From Patescibacteria group bacterium (GTDB lineage Bacteria; Patescibacteriota; Microgenomatia; UBA8517), in assembly GCA_025999275.1 (NCBI GenBank), contig AP024680.1:684522-748521 (forward strand): 64,000 bases of DNA. Reading direction: 5' to 3'. This document shows, one piece after another, positions 1 to 8,654 of the stretch. The notes under the pieces are model-generated. The model was not told where the DNA came from, did not search any database, and saw only the letters and a program-made list of their open reading frames with translations. Positions within the stretch are counted from its first letter, which is position 1, and the number at the start of each line of letters is the position of its first letter. Made by a program: the position numbers and the translations under genes.

Positions 1-308
1 GAAGAATTACAACTATACTTGACCATCAAACCAACAAGAGTTAGCACATCAAGACTTATACTATTGTTCTCCCCAACCAAATCCGCCAAAACATCTGTGC
101 CATAAAAATCTAAATCTTCCTTTTTGATCAAGACCTGCTGATTATTTATTTCACCGGTTTCCAACAGCCGAATAACCTCCGCTGCCAGATAAACTTTGGC
201 TACACTCGCAACTTCCCTTGCAACACTCGAATCTTTATCAGCCAAAATCTTTGCCCCTGAAGAATCAAACCTGACCAATAAAAATGATTCTTCCATTTGA
301 ATGCTCAT
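1..308 (-). CDS. Serine-hydrolase (beta-lactamase / DD-peptidase-like) protein, N-terminal part; gene runs off the window start
   Basis: Minus-strand ATG at 308-306 sits directly after the TAA (311-309) of the upstream gene. The frame is open to position 1. Translation MSIQMEESFLLVRFDSSGAKILADKDSSVAREVASVAKVYLAAEVIRLL contains an S-x-x-K (SVAK) active-site-like motif. Confidence 0.4.
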   Translation of the reverse strand, partial: MSIQMEESFLLVRFDSSGAKILADKDSSVAREVASVAKVYLAAEVIRLLETGEINNQQVLIKKEDLDFYGTDVLADLVGENNSISLDVLTLVGLMVKYSCNS

Positions 309-1559
309 TTACTCAACTACCACTGGCACTGATATCCCTGTACCTGCATTAATTTTCCCTTTAGATCTGCCAAATTGCTCACTTGTACAACCAAATGCCT
401 CCAAACTAATTCTTATTCTATCATCAAATCCTTTAAACCAATACACTCTAAGCAAAATCTTCAAATCTGTTTTACTATTACCCACCGACAACCTAGCAGT
501 AATAGGACTAACGTCCTCTTGGCATAACCAAACAACTTGCTCGGCAGGAACTCTTTCAAGAAAATCAGCTATTTCTTTAATCCTCAACGCATCTCCACCA
601 CTCTTACCTAATAGTAAGCTACTTGCCTGGCCAAAATCCCTTGCTATTAGAGATCGTAAAACATCTTTAGCCCACCTTTTAATCTCAGTATATTTAACAA
701 CATAAGCCTCACCTGCAGCTTCAAGTTTAATCCAAGGATGCTTTATTATCTGTTCTTCAGTAACATCAGTCCCCAAAACTATCTGCCCTGGAAACAATTG
801 TGGTTCTACATTTACTAAATGTCTCATAAAACCGCGGTAACCGAAATATGAAGAGATCAAAGGATTAATTACGGGTATTTTTTCCTTCCTTATTATCTCC
901 TCCAACTCCGGATACTTGGATGTAAAGATGTTGTTACTACAAAATCTCAAGATAATATAGGGAGTAAAACTCCCAAAATTATATTTATTGACAAAAGCCT
1001 CTGCATCACAAAAGACAGCCTCCATCCCACTATCTGACAGCTTGGAGACCACCCTTTCATAGGCTCTCCAAAAAGGGTTCTTTCGACTACCTAGAATTAA
1101 AATTCGACTGTAATTTTCCCCCTTTAGATAATCTACTAGATGTCCCAACAAACTAGGTTGGTCGTGTATACCCAAGATATCTTGCCTAAGATCCTGCAAA
1201 CCCATAGCTTGAACCCTCGGATTTACTTCAAGTATCTTAAAACTACCATCCTCACCTTTATAAATATCAAGACCTCCATACCTCATTTCTGAATTACCAT
1301 AACTATCTATCTGTCTACATCTACCCAGCACCCATAAGTCAGCTCCAATCACAGACGCACTACCCCGGCCATCAAAATCAAAATTATCAATAAGACTAAC
1401 TACTTTTTCTGAAATCAATTGGAGTTTTAGATACTCATCTTTAGTGACTACCAACGGTTCGTCGGCAACAAGATTCTCCTGGGGGATCTCACCCTCAGCA
1501 CCAAAGAGAATACGATTCTTTGAATCACTATGATTTTCAAGCCAAATTTCAGTTGCCAT
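309..1559 (-). CDS. ATP-grasp family ligase (possibly a circularly permuted type)
   Basis: 416-aa ORF. YGGLDIYKGEDGSFKILEVNPR resembles the ATP-grasp E-x-N-x-R metal/ATP motif but lies near the N-terminus. No other family signature was recognised. Confidence 0.5.
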   Translation of the reverse strand: MATEIWLENHSDSKNRILFGAEGEIPQENLVADEPLVVTKDEYLKLQLISEKVVSLIDNFDFDGRGSASVIGADLWVLGRCRQIDSYGNSEMRYGGLDIYKGEDGSFKILEVNPRVQAMGLQDLRQDILGIHDQPSLLGHLVDYLKGENYSRILILGSRKNPFWRAYERVVSKLSDSGMEAVFCDAEAFVNKYNFGSFTPYIILRFCSNNIFTSKYPELEEIIRKEKIPVINPLISSYFGYRGFMRHLVNVEPQLFPGQIVLGTDVTEEQIIKHPWIKLEAAGEAYVVKYTEIKRWAKDVLRSLIARDFGQASSLLLGKSGGDALRIKEIADFLERVPAEQVVWLCQEDVSPITARLSVGNSKTDLKILLRVYWFKGFDDRIRISLEAFGCTSEQFGRSKGKINAGTGISVPVVVE

Positions 1560-1743
1560 AAAACAGCTTATTTACACTTATAGGATATATTATATACGCC
1601 TTTCACAAAAAATCAATCAGTTTCTTAATTTTATTCAAACTAAACTTAAAACAGCTTCTACCTCTATTTTCAATAACAAAACAAACTTAAGATAAAGTGT
1701 GATATACTTACTCCAGCTGGAATTTTTGATATTAATTCAAACA

Positions 1744-2790
1744 ATGAAGGCTAATTTATTTGATTATTTCCTCCCTCAAAATTTAATTGCCCAAAAGCCA
1801 GCTAATCCAAGAGATAGCTCCAGACTTTTGGTTTTAGACCGAAATAAAGGCGAAATAAGCCATCATATATTTAGAGATATTGTTAAATTCCTAAATAAAG
1901 GCGATGTTTTAGTCTTCAACGACACCAAAGTTTTCCCTGCAAGGATTATGGCCAAAAAGGAAACTGGCGGAAAAATTGAGATACTTTTTCTTGAAGAAAT
2001 CTCTCCGCAAATATGGCAAGTCCTAACCAAGCCAGCAGTAAAAAAGGGCAAAAAAATAATTTTCAAAAACAAAACTTTTGAATGTGTTGAAAGCGGTTTA
2101 AGAACCTTAGTTAAAACAGATATGGATAAAGAAAAACTACTTCCTTTTCTCAAAAAATTTGGCAAAACTCCCCTACCCCCCTATATTAAAAACGGCCAAA
2201 AAGAATCCTACTTGAGACGAGTCTATCAAACAGTCTACGCTCAAAAAGAAGGTTCTGCTGCCGCGCCAACTGCAGGCTTTCACTTTACCCAAAGTCTAAT
2301 AGAAAAAATCAAAAACAAGGGTGTAAAAATCGAGTTTGTCACCCTGCATGTTGGCCTTGACACTTTTGTCCCAATCAAAACCGAAAATCTGGAAGATCAT
2401 AAAATGCACTCTGAATATTTTGAGATCAAAAAAGAAACAATTAAAAATCTGCTTGAAGCAAAAAGTAAAGGAAAAAGAATAATTGCTGTTGGCACAACCA
2501 CTGTGCGAGCTCTTGAAACATTAGCTTCTGACAAGGTCCGTCCTTGTCAAGGAAAAACAGACATCTTTATCTATCCACCTTATAAATTTAAATTAACAGA
2601 TGCGCTTATTACCAATTTTCACCTGCCAAAATCAACCTTGCTTGCACTTGTTTCAGCTTTCACCTCTTACCCCCAAACCAAAGACAAATTTAAAAGCTTC
2701 CAAAAAAGCCTAATTGGCAAAGCCTACAAGGAAGCTGTTAAAGAAAATTACCGCTTTTACTCTTTTGGAGATGCCTGCTTGATACTATAG
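1744..2790 (+). CDS. queA: S-adenosylmethionine:tRNA ribosyltransferase-isomerase
   Basis: QueA hallmarks are present: LFDYxLPxxLIAQ, LHVGxDTF, MHSE, AVGTTxVR, TNFHLP, YRFYSFGDA. The start was chosen at MKANLFDY inside the longer ORF 1699..2790. Confidence 0.9.
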   Translation: MKANLFDYFLPQNLIAQKPANPRDSSRLLVLDRNKGEISHHIFRDIVKFLNKGDVLVFNDTKVFPARIMAKKETGGKIEILFLEEISPQIWQVLTKPAVKKGKKIIFKNKTFECVESGLRTLVKTDMDKEKLLPFLKKFGKTPLPPYIKNGQKESYLRRVYQTVYAQKEGSAAAPTAGFHFTQSLIEKIKNKGVKIEFVTLHVGLDTFVPIKTENLEDHKMHSEYFEIKKETIKNLLEAKSKGKRIIAVGTTTVRALETLASDKVRPCQGKTDIFIYPPYKFKLTDALITNFHLPKSTLLALVSAFTSYPQTKDKFKSFQKSLIGKAYKEAVKENYRFYSFGDACLIL

Positions 2791-2816
2791 AACAGAACCT
2801 TTATAATCTTCTTGTT

Positions 2817-2892
2817 GCCTGGATAGCTCAGTCGGCAGAGCGCATTCTTGGTAAGAATGAGGTCTCGGGTTCGATTCCCGATCCAGGCTCCC
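2817..2892 (+). tRNA. tRNA-Thr (anticodon GGT)
   Basis: Cloverleaf read by eye: acceptor gcctgga/tccaggc; D stem gctc/gagc; anticodon stem cattc/gaatg with loop ttGGTaa; T arm tcggg-ttcgatt-cccga. TATAAT at 2802-2807. Confidence 0.9.
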
Positions 2893-2930
2893 ACAATAAA
2901 GCAAAATAAACCCTGCTTGCTTCTAGCAAG

Positions 2931-3007
2931 AGAGCGCATTCTTGACCTTACGGCGACTTGAAGTCTAAAGAATGAGGTCTTGAGTTGGATTCCCGATCCA
3001 GGCTCAC
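2931..3007 (+). pseudogene. Duplicated 3' portion of tRNA-Thr (lacks 5' acceptor and D arm; 25-nt insertion in the anticodon loop)
   Basis: agagcgcattcttg...gaatgaggtct(t/c)g(a)g(t)t(g/c)gattcccgatccaggctc repeats the tRNA-Thr from its D-stem 3' side to the acceptor 3' end. accttacggcgacttgaagtctaaa is inserted after cattcttg. The downstream 28 bp aataaagcaaaa(t)aaaccctgcttgctt is also duplicated (2896-2924 and 3011-3038). Confidence 0.45.
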
Positions 3008-3153
3008 AAAATAAAGCAAAAAACCCTGCTTGCTTTTATTGCTCTCCAACAATATTCGATGTTTCAAGCTGATCCACATCCGATATGGTTTAGACTGCCA
3101 CCTTAAAATTTTCCCCAATTGAAAAAAAATAAGCTTCTGATAAAATAAAAAGC

Positions 3154-3327
3154 ATGGCAAAAAAGGGAGCAAGAGAAATAGTTGGTTTAATCTGTAAAGA
3201 TTGCGGAAGCCAAAACTATGTAACCAGCCGCAATAAAGTTAATATGGAAAAAAAGCTGGAGATAAAAAAGTTCTGTCCAAAATGCAAAAAACACACCCTT
3301 CACAAAGAAACAAATAAACTCAAATAA
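3154..3327 (+). CDS. rpmG: 50S ribosomal protein L33
   Basis: 57-aa ORF below the ORF-track cutoff: [57 protein letters not shown]. It has a CxxC..CxxC zinc ribbon and the L33 consensus. Confidence 0.85.
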   Translation: MAKKGAREIVGLICKDCGSQNYVTSRNKVNMEKKLEIKKFCPKCKKHTLHKETNKLK

Positions 3328-3331
3328 GCAA

Positions 3332-3931
3332 ATGGAGTCAAAAGAATATTTTAGAAGACCCTATGTAGAAGTCAAGGCCGACCCCTCCCCTAGCGAATTT
3401 AAAAAAATAATTGAAGGCAAAAGAACTATTCTTGAAGTGGGATGTGGCGAAACAAATCCTGCAAGAGGAATCTATCCCCGCTGCTCTTGGAAAACAGACT
3501 CGCCCGATATTGTGTGGGTGGGCTGTGACCCCAAAGCCATAGCCGAATCCAACGGAAAAGTATTCATTCAACCTAATCAAAAAACAGACCCAAATAATAT
3601 GATATTTTTTACAAGAGAGGTCGACAATTTGCCCCCCTTTAGCCCAAATTACATCTCATTAGTTGCCCCAAACCCAGAAGACATAGCAAGAGGATTGCTA
3701 TATGATCTCGAAAGATTTCTCAACAGAAGCGGACAAGTTGTTGTGATAGTTCTTGATAACAGAACTTGGGAAAGCAGAATACATGGCCGACAAGCTATTC
3801 AAGAAATAAATCGATGGGCAAGAAATAATAGGTTTGAAGTAATAGAAAGCAGAAAACCAGCAGAGTTTTCTCCCAACTCTGCAGATCTGGGGATATCAGG
3901 AAACAAATGGTTTGTCTTCAAAAAGAGATAA
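3332..3931 (+). CDS. Hypothetical protein, possible class I SAM-dependent methyltransferase fold
   Basis: 199-aa ORF. TILEVGCGE resembles MTase motif I. Nothing else was recognised. Confidence 0.4.
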   Translation: MESKEYFRRPYVEVKADPSPSEFKKIIEGKRTILEVGCGETNPARGIYPRCSWKTDSPDIVWVGCDPKAIAESNGKVFIQPNQKTDPNNMIFFTREVDNLPPFSPNYISLVAPNPEDIARGLLYDLERFLNRSGQVVVIVLDNRTWESRIHGRQAIQEINRWARNNRFEVIESRKPAEFSPNSADLGISGNKWFVFKKR

Positions 3932-4015
3932 ATAATTTTGAATGTAGAGTTAATCTTATCTGTTGGAATTCAAAAAATCGATTACAAAAACAATCTTTGA
4001 TATAATTAAACTAGT

Positions 4016-4088
4016 AGGGCTGTAGTTAAATGGCATAACAGCGGTCTCCAAAACCGCTATTGGGGGTTCGATTCCCTCCAGCCCTGCC
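4016..4088 (+). tRNA. tRNA-Trp (anticodon CCA)
   Basis: Acceptor agggctg/cagccct; anticodon stem gcggt/accgc with loop ctCCAaa; T arm gggggttcgattccctc. Extended -10 TGaTATAAT at 3998-4006. It lies upstream of secE-nusG as in many bacteria. Confidence 0.9.
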
Positions 4089-4198
4089 TAAAAATCTAAT
4101 CCACAATCCACACAATCCGCATCGGATGTGGATTAAATTGATACATCGGATTTAACGCGGCAACCACACAATGCTCGACGACTCTCAAGGGAGAGGAG

Positions 4199-4471
4199 GT
4201 GAAAAGGGTGAAAGACGAAACAATTTTGAAACAAAAGAAAACTTCATCTCCTCTGCCAAAAGACGAAAGTAGCGACTGGTATCCCGTTGGAGCATTTATT
4301 ACCGGAGTATTAATATTTGTGAGCATCTGGATTTATGCTATATCAGAATGGGGCCTTCTTTTAGGTCTAATGTTTGGCTGGATACCAGCTACCATAGGTG
4401 GAGTCGTTGGTGGGTTCCTCTGGCCAATTATTGCTCTTATTATAGTGTGGATCATTATCTCTTCCAGGTAA
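4199..4471 (+). CDS. Small hypothetical membrane protein (two predicted TM helices)
   Basis: 90-aa ORF with hydrophobic stretches VGAFITGVLIFVSIWIYAI and LWPIIALIIVWIII. Confidence 0.4.
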   Translation: MKRVKDETILKQKKTSSPLPKDESSDWYPVGAFITGVLIFVSIWIYAISEWGLLLGLMFGWIPATIGGVVGGFLWPIIALIIVWIIISSR

Positions 4472-4661
4472 ACATTTTAGAGCAAAAGATTAAGAGGGGT
4501 CTAACAAACACTAAACAGCAAAACACAACAAGCTGAGTTTTGTATTAAAAAGATAAACCATTCGGATGTAGATTAACCTGACACATTGGGATTCACAACC
4601 CCAGAAAGAAAGATTCTTAAAGTCATTGACTTAAGGCAAGTATAGGTGTATAAACTAATCA

Positions 4662-5192
4662 ATGGCCTCCAAAGGGCAAACCAATGTAATAATGGCAATA
4701 GTAATTGTTCTTCTTCTTGGAGTCACCGGGCTTCTTGTTTATCAAAACCTTCAGCTCCAACAATTAATAAAAAATAAACCAGAAAATCAAACTGAAGTAG
4801 AAGAGACTGTTGAGACACCAACTCAAGAAACAACAATTTCAGCAACTCCAACCCCCTCTCCCATCCCAACTACAAGCGTTCCCGCCGGCTGGCAGATTTA
4901 TAAAAATGAAAAATACGGCTTTCAAATCGCCTATCCGCCAAAATACAAAGCCCTAACAGATAAAGAAAATCTTTACGGCTGGCCAAATGCGGTAGTCTTA
5001 ATTTATTCAGGCGGACAATCCTACGACCTGCCAATAGAAGTCTGGAACTCTGAATCAGAGTATCAAGCAAAGTATAAAAATGAGCCAAATTTAGTAGTTA
5101 AAAAGGTAAACGGCAAATTTATAACTCTTCTTAACGCAAATCAATCAATCGAAGTTGAGCAAATCATCAAAACTTTCTCCATTTTAGAATAA
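4662..5192 (+). CDS. Hypothetical N-terminally anchored secreted protein
   Basis: 176-aa ORF. N-terminal TM (IMAIVIVLLLGVTGLLV), Thr/Pro linker, then a globular part. Confidence 0.5.
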   Translation: MASKGQTNVIMAIVIVLLLGVTGLLVYQNLQLQQLIKNKPENQTEVEETVETPTQETTISATPTPSPIPTTSVPAGWQIYKNEKYGFQIAYPPKYKALTDKENLYGWPNAVVLIYSGGQSYDLPIEVWNSESEYQAKYKNEPNLVVKKVNGKFITLLNANQSIEVEQIIKTFSILE

Positions 5193-5196
5193 TAAC

Positions 5197-5982
5197 TCAC
5201 TTTAAATTGTGATGACTCTCCTCACCACACTGGTAAATCCAGTCTACATCCCCATTTAGACTAACTTTTGCATGGCAACCACAAGAAGTATTTTTTATCT
5301 CAACCCCCCAACCCATCTTTAATCTGCTAAAATCATCTGGAGGGTTTTTCGAATTCCTTAATCTTTCAACAATTGGCGCTTTGGGATCAGCAACTACTTC
5401 AAAACCAAACCTGCGATACTCTAACACCATCTGATGCCATAAATAACGCGCCCAATTGTAAGATCTAGGCCTTTTTTCTTTATCCAAAAGATTAATTGGA
5501 AAACGTGGTTTTCTTGGTTTTTCAAATCTTGCCTCCCAAACACAAAAACCACTCAATGATGAGTTAAGAACATTTCTTTCAACAAGCCCTAGATCAATAA
5601 GTTTTCCTTCTCTATCCTCTTTGGGAACTTTCTCACCAGTTTTTTCAAAAACATAAAAAACAGCCGCCTTTTTCATATCCTCAACAGGCACAACTTCCAA
5701 ATCCAAAGAAGTGCAAACAATAACAACAGCAGCAAGTTTCTTGGGTCTCTTATCAACTTCCAACACCTGCCAATTTAATGGGTTAAAATAAGAAATTTCT
5801 ATATTCTCACCATTGTAATTAATTAAAACAGCATCTCCTTTTGGTCTATGTTGCCAAATTTTTCTTTTCTCAAGGAAAGTAACTATTTGACCCCCATAAT
5901 CTTTATCTAAGATGCTTTCAGGCACAAAAAACTTATTATCTTCTATGCCAAACCTCAATTGTGAGCTCATCCTTTCTTTCAT
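5197..5982 (-). CDS. Hypothetical protein (C-terminal CxC...C..HH cluster)
   Basis: 261-aa ORF with no recognised family. C-terminus reads SCGCHAKVSLNGDVDWIYQCGEESHH. Confidence 0.5.
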   Translation of the reverse strand: MKERMSSQLRFGIEDNKFFVPESILDKDYGGQIVTFLEKRKIWQHRPKGDAVLINYNGENIEISYFNPLNWQVLEVDKRPKKLAAVVIVCTSLDLEVVPVEDMKKAAVFYVFEKTGEKVPKEDREGKLIDLGLVERNVLNSSLSGFCVWEARFEKPRKPRFPINLLDKEKRPRSYNWARYLWHQMVLEYRRFGFEVVADPKAPIVERLRNSKNPPDDFSRLKMGWGVEIKNTSCGCHAKVSLNGDVDWIYQCGEESHHNLK

Positions 5983-6052
5983 AATGCCACTGGCAGTTGT
6001 TTGATAATTTTGTTAAAATTTAAAAGATTATATCAGAAAGGAGGCGATTTTA

Positions 6053-6256
6053 ATGGTTGTTGTCAAAAAACAAAAAGGTGAATCTGAAGACAAACTCATC
6101 AATAGATTTAAAAAAATCGTTTTGGATGAGGGAATTGTTATTGAAGCAAGAGAAAGAAAGGAATACAAACCTAAATCTCAAATCAGAAAAGAAAAAAAAT
6201 ACCGCCTCAAATTTTTGGATGAATTGGCCAGAAAAAGAGCCAAAAAAGACAAATAA
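6053..6256 (+). CDS. rpsU: 30S ribosomal protein S21
   Basis: 67-aa basic protein MVVVKKQKGESEDKLINRFKKIVLDEGIVIEARERKEYKPKSQIRKEKK matches the S21 consensus. Confidence 0.85.
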   Translation: MVVVKKQKGESEDKLINRFKKIVLDEGIVIEARERKEYKPKSQIRKEKKYRLKFLDELARKRAKKDK

Positions 6257-6257
6257 T

Positions 6258-6980
6258 CTAGCTTTCAATTATTGAGTCAATAAAAAGTCTGCGGTGAAAT
6301 CTTGTCTTTCCATATTTCTTAAGAGCAAAGATGTGGTCTCTTGTGCCATAACCCTTGTTTTTACCCCAGTTATACTTTTGATAAGCTTTTTTCTCTGAAA
6401 TTTTCTTCATTAGTCTATCTCTATAAACCTTGGCAATAATTGACGCAGCGGCAATAGAAAAAGACTTCTCGTCTCCATGAACCAAAGCCAATTGGCTAGC
6501 TTGGATTTTTAGCTTTTTAGCTTTTCTATTTGCTTTTCTTATCATTTTTCTTGGCATATTAATACCAGCTATATATGGGACATAAAAAGCATCTATGAGT
6601 ATAAAATTTATTCGTCTGTTTATCCTCTCTTCAGCATTTCTAATCGCCCGACGAAAACCCGAAAATGTTGCTTTTGCAATTCCCTTATTGTTAATTTCCG
6701 CAACACTTACAACCCCAACCCCCCAAGTCAAAGCATTTTTTTTAATCCATTTGAAAGACTTCTCTCTTTGTAAAGAAGTCATCTTTTTGGAATCGTTTAT
6801 ATTTATCTTTTGATCCTTGGCCAATTTGGAAATTTCTGAAAAAGAATCAGAAAAAACAACAGCCGCACAAACCAAAGGACCAGCCAACGCTCCCCTCCCT
6901 GCCTCATCAAGGCCGGCAACTAAACCGGGGATTCTCTTACTAACCAATTTTTCGTAATAAAAATTGGGGAGTTTTCTCAC
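6258..6980 (-). CDS. rnhB: Ribonuclease HII
   Basis: VAGLDEAGRGALAGPLV catalytic motif (GIDEAGRGPLAGPVV-type) near the N-terminus. Length 240 aa. Confidence 0.85.
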   Translation of the reverse strand: MRKLPNFYYEKLVSKRIPGLVAGLDEAGRGALAGPLVCAAVVFSDSFSEISKLAKDQKININDSKKMTSLQREKSFKWIKKNALTWGVGVVSVAEINNKGIAKATFSGFRRAIRNAEERINRRINFILIDAFYVPYIAGINMPRKMIRKANRKAKKLKIQASQLALVHGDEKSFSIAAASIIAKVYRDRLMKKISEKKAYQKYNWGKNKGYGTRDHIFALKKYGKTRFHRRLFIDSIIES

Positions 6981-7399
6981 AATTTTGAAGATGTTTCAAC
7001 TAGTCTATCCAAAACCGAAGCTATATCTTCCAACAACTGCTTTTTGCTATTCCTATCAAGGTTAGCCGCCCCAAAACCTCTTGCTATAATTTCAGGCAGA
7101 TTTTTTTTACCAATCCCTTTTGCCTTCAAAAGTTTAGTCAAAGAATCAAACCATTCGCCTTCTGCAATTAAATTATGATCACTTGTATCAATCTCACCAT
7201 AAACATCGGGTTTCATTTGCGACAGTTCAAAAGCAACTCTGGCTGAAACATTTCTCAAATCGCCTTGCAAATTTTTGGGAATCACTGGTAATCTATCTTT
7301 TCTTTCAACTGGTATAAATTGACCAGATTCGCTAAATCTTGCAACAACCATTTGCCTATCGCCAATATAAAGAATAACCAACCTTTCTCTACCTGCCAT
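6977..7399 (-). CDS. Hypothetical protein
   Basis: 140-aa ORF overlapping rnhB by 4 bp, which suggests coupling. No motif recognised. Confidence 0.5.
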   Translation of the reverse strand: MAGRERLVILYIGDRQMVVARFSESGQFIPVERKDRLPVIPKNLQGDLRNVSARVAFELSQMKPDVYGEIDTSDHNLIAEGEWFDSLTKLLKAKGIGKKNLPEIIARGFGAANLDRNSKKQLLEDIASVLDRLVETSSKL

Positions 7400-7448
7400 A
7401 CTTTAATTATATATTGTCTTGGCAAGTTGTTTTTGGTAGAATTGCGCT

Positions 7449-7634
7449 GTGGGAAAAATAATTGATTACCTTAAAGGAGTTCAACTAGAGCTCTCCAAAG
7501 TCACTTGGCCAAAAAAAGAAGAAACAATAAGATTAACTTTGACAGTAATTGTTTTTTCGGCTATAGTAGCAGGTTATGTGGGAGTTTTAGACTTCCTTTT
7601 TACAAGTTTATTAGCTAAAATCTTTACAAGATGA
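7449..7634 (+). CDS. secE: Preprotein translocase subunit SecE
   Basis: 61-aa protein with a single C-terminal TM, KGVQLELSKVTWP...TIRLTLTVIVFSAIVAGYVGVLD. It sits immediately upstream of nusG. The start is GTG 7449, only 6 nt after TAGAAT at 7437-7442. Confidence 0.8.
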   Translation: MGKIIDYLKGVQLELSKVTWPKKEETIRLTLTVIVFSAIVAGYVGVLDFLFTSLLAKIFTR

Positions 7635-8248
7635 CAAAAGCAAAAGAAGAAAAAAAAGAAGAACAAACACAAGATCAGCCAGTTAAAGTTGTAGGGCATT
7701 TTGTAATCAACAAAGAGGAAAATCCTCTTGCACGCTGGTATGTGGTTCACACTGCTTCAGGGCATGAAATGCGAGTTGCTGAGACCTTAAAACAAAGAGT
7801 TGAGTCAATGGGTTTTGAAAGAAATGTCTTTGAACTAATGGTCCCAACTCAAGACAGAGTCGTTATAAGAAGCGGTAAAAAATCGACTGTAAAAGAAAAG
7901 ATTCTCCCTGGTTATCTTTTGGTTAAAATGATTATGGATGATGCAACTTGGCTTGCTGTCAGAACCACCCCGGGAGTGACAGGATTTGTTGGTGCTGGCA
8001 AAAGTCCTACCCCATTAAGTGAAAAGGAAGTAGAAACCATTCTCAAATTTATCTCAACACCGGCAAAAAGGTTCAAAACCAGATTTTCAACTGGAGAGGC
8101 GGTCAAAATTGTCGACGGGCCATTTTCAGGATTCTTGGGTTCGATTAGCGAAATGGATGAAGAGCGTGGTAAAGTCAAAGTTTTGGTCTCCATCTTCGGC
8201 CGCGAGACTCCAGTCGAGCTTGATTTCTTGCAAATTCAAAAAGTCTAA
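7631..8248 (+). CDS. nusG: Transcription termination/antitermination factor NusG
   Basis: NGN and KOW domains: WYVVHTASGHE, GEAVKIVDGPFSGFLGSISEMD. Position secE-nusG-rplK. Confidence 0.9.
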   Translation: MTKAKEEKKEEQTQDQPVKVVGHFVINKEENPLARWYVVHTASGHEMRVAETLKQRVESMGFERNVFELMVPTQDRVVIRSGKKSTVKEKILPGYLLVKMIMDDATWLAVRTTPGVTGFVGAGKSPTPLSEKEVETILKFISTPAKRFKTRFSTGEAVKIVDGPFSGFLGSISEMDEERGKVKVLVSIFGRETPVELDFLQIQKV

Positions 8249-8367
8249 ACAGTTATATCAATCTAAAACAAAAAATTGCTTTAAACCAATTTCTACCTAA
8301 AATTTAATATCAAATCAAAAATCACTAAATAGCTGTAATTAAAAGACTATTGTGATATAATTAAAAC

Positions 8368-8610
8368 ATGGTAGAAGCAAAACAAGCAAGCGATCAGATC
8401 ACAGTGGAAAAAACTCCAAAAAAAGGGGCTGGTAGCACTCGGCCTACCCACAAACGAGAAGTTGATAGCGCAATAAAAGAGCTAGACGAAGTCCTTAAAG
8501 AAACAGGAGCTAAAGGAATACAGATAAACCCTGATGGCACCATCAAACTAATTAGAAAAGAAGAACAACAAGAACAACAAGAAGAAGAAAAACAAGAAGA
8601 AAATAAATAA
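8368..8610 (+). CDS. Hypothetical small acidic protein
   Basis: 80-aa ORF preceded by extended -10 TGtGATATAAT (8352-8362). Glu/Gln-rich tail. Confidence 0.4.
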   Translation: MVEAKQASDQITVEKTPKKGAGSTRPTHKREVDSAIKELDEVLKETGAKGIQINPDGTIKLIRKEEQQEQQEEEKQEENK

Positions 8611-8654
8611 AAAAACACCAAGATTCTCCAAACAATCTTCCTTATAAACCACAA

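Noticed and set aside
301-705. 134-aa plus-strand ORF
   Set aside because: It lies entirely antisense within the well-supported ATP-grasp gene (309-1559) and has low-complexity composition. Treated as a spurious shadow ORF.
2931-3007. Second tRNA-Thr as a functional intron-containing tRNA
   Set aside because: No 5' acceptor strand or D-arm 5' strand precedes it, since the upstream sequence is cttgcttctagcaag. It is more likely a duplicated 3' fragment.
4348-4536. 62-aa ORF overlapping the 4199-4471 membrane-protein gene
   Set aside because: It is an alternate frame of the hydrophobic coding region (Trp/Arg-rich). The TM-containing frame is more plausible.
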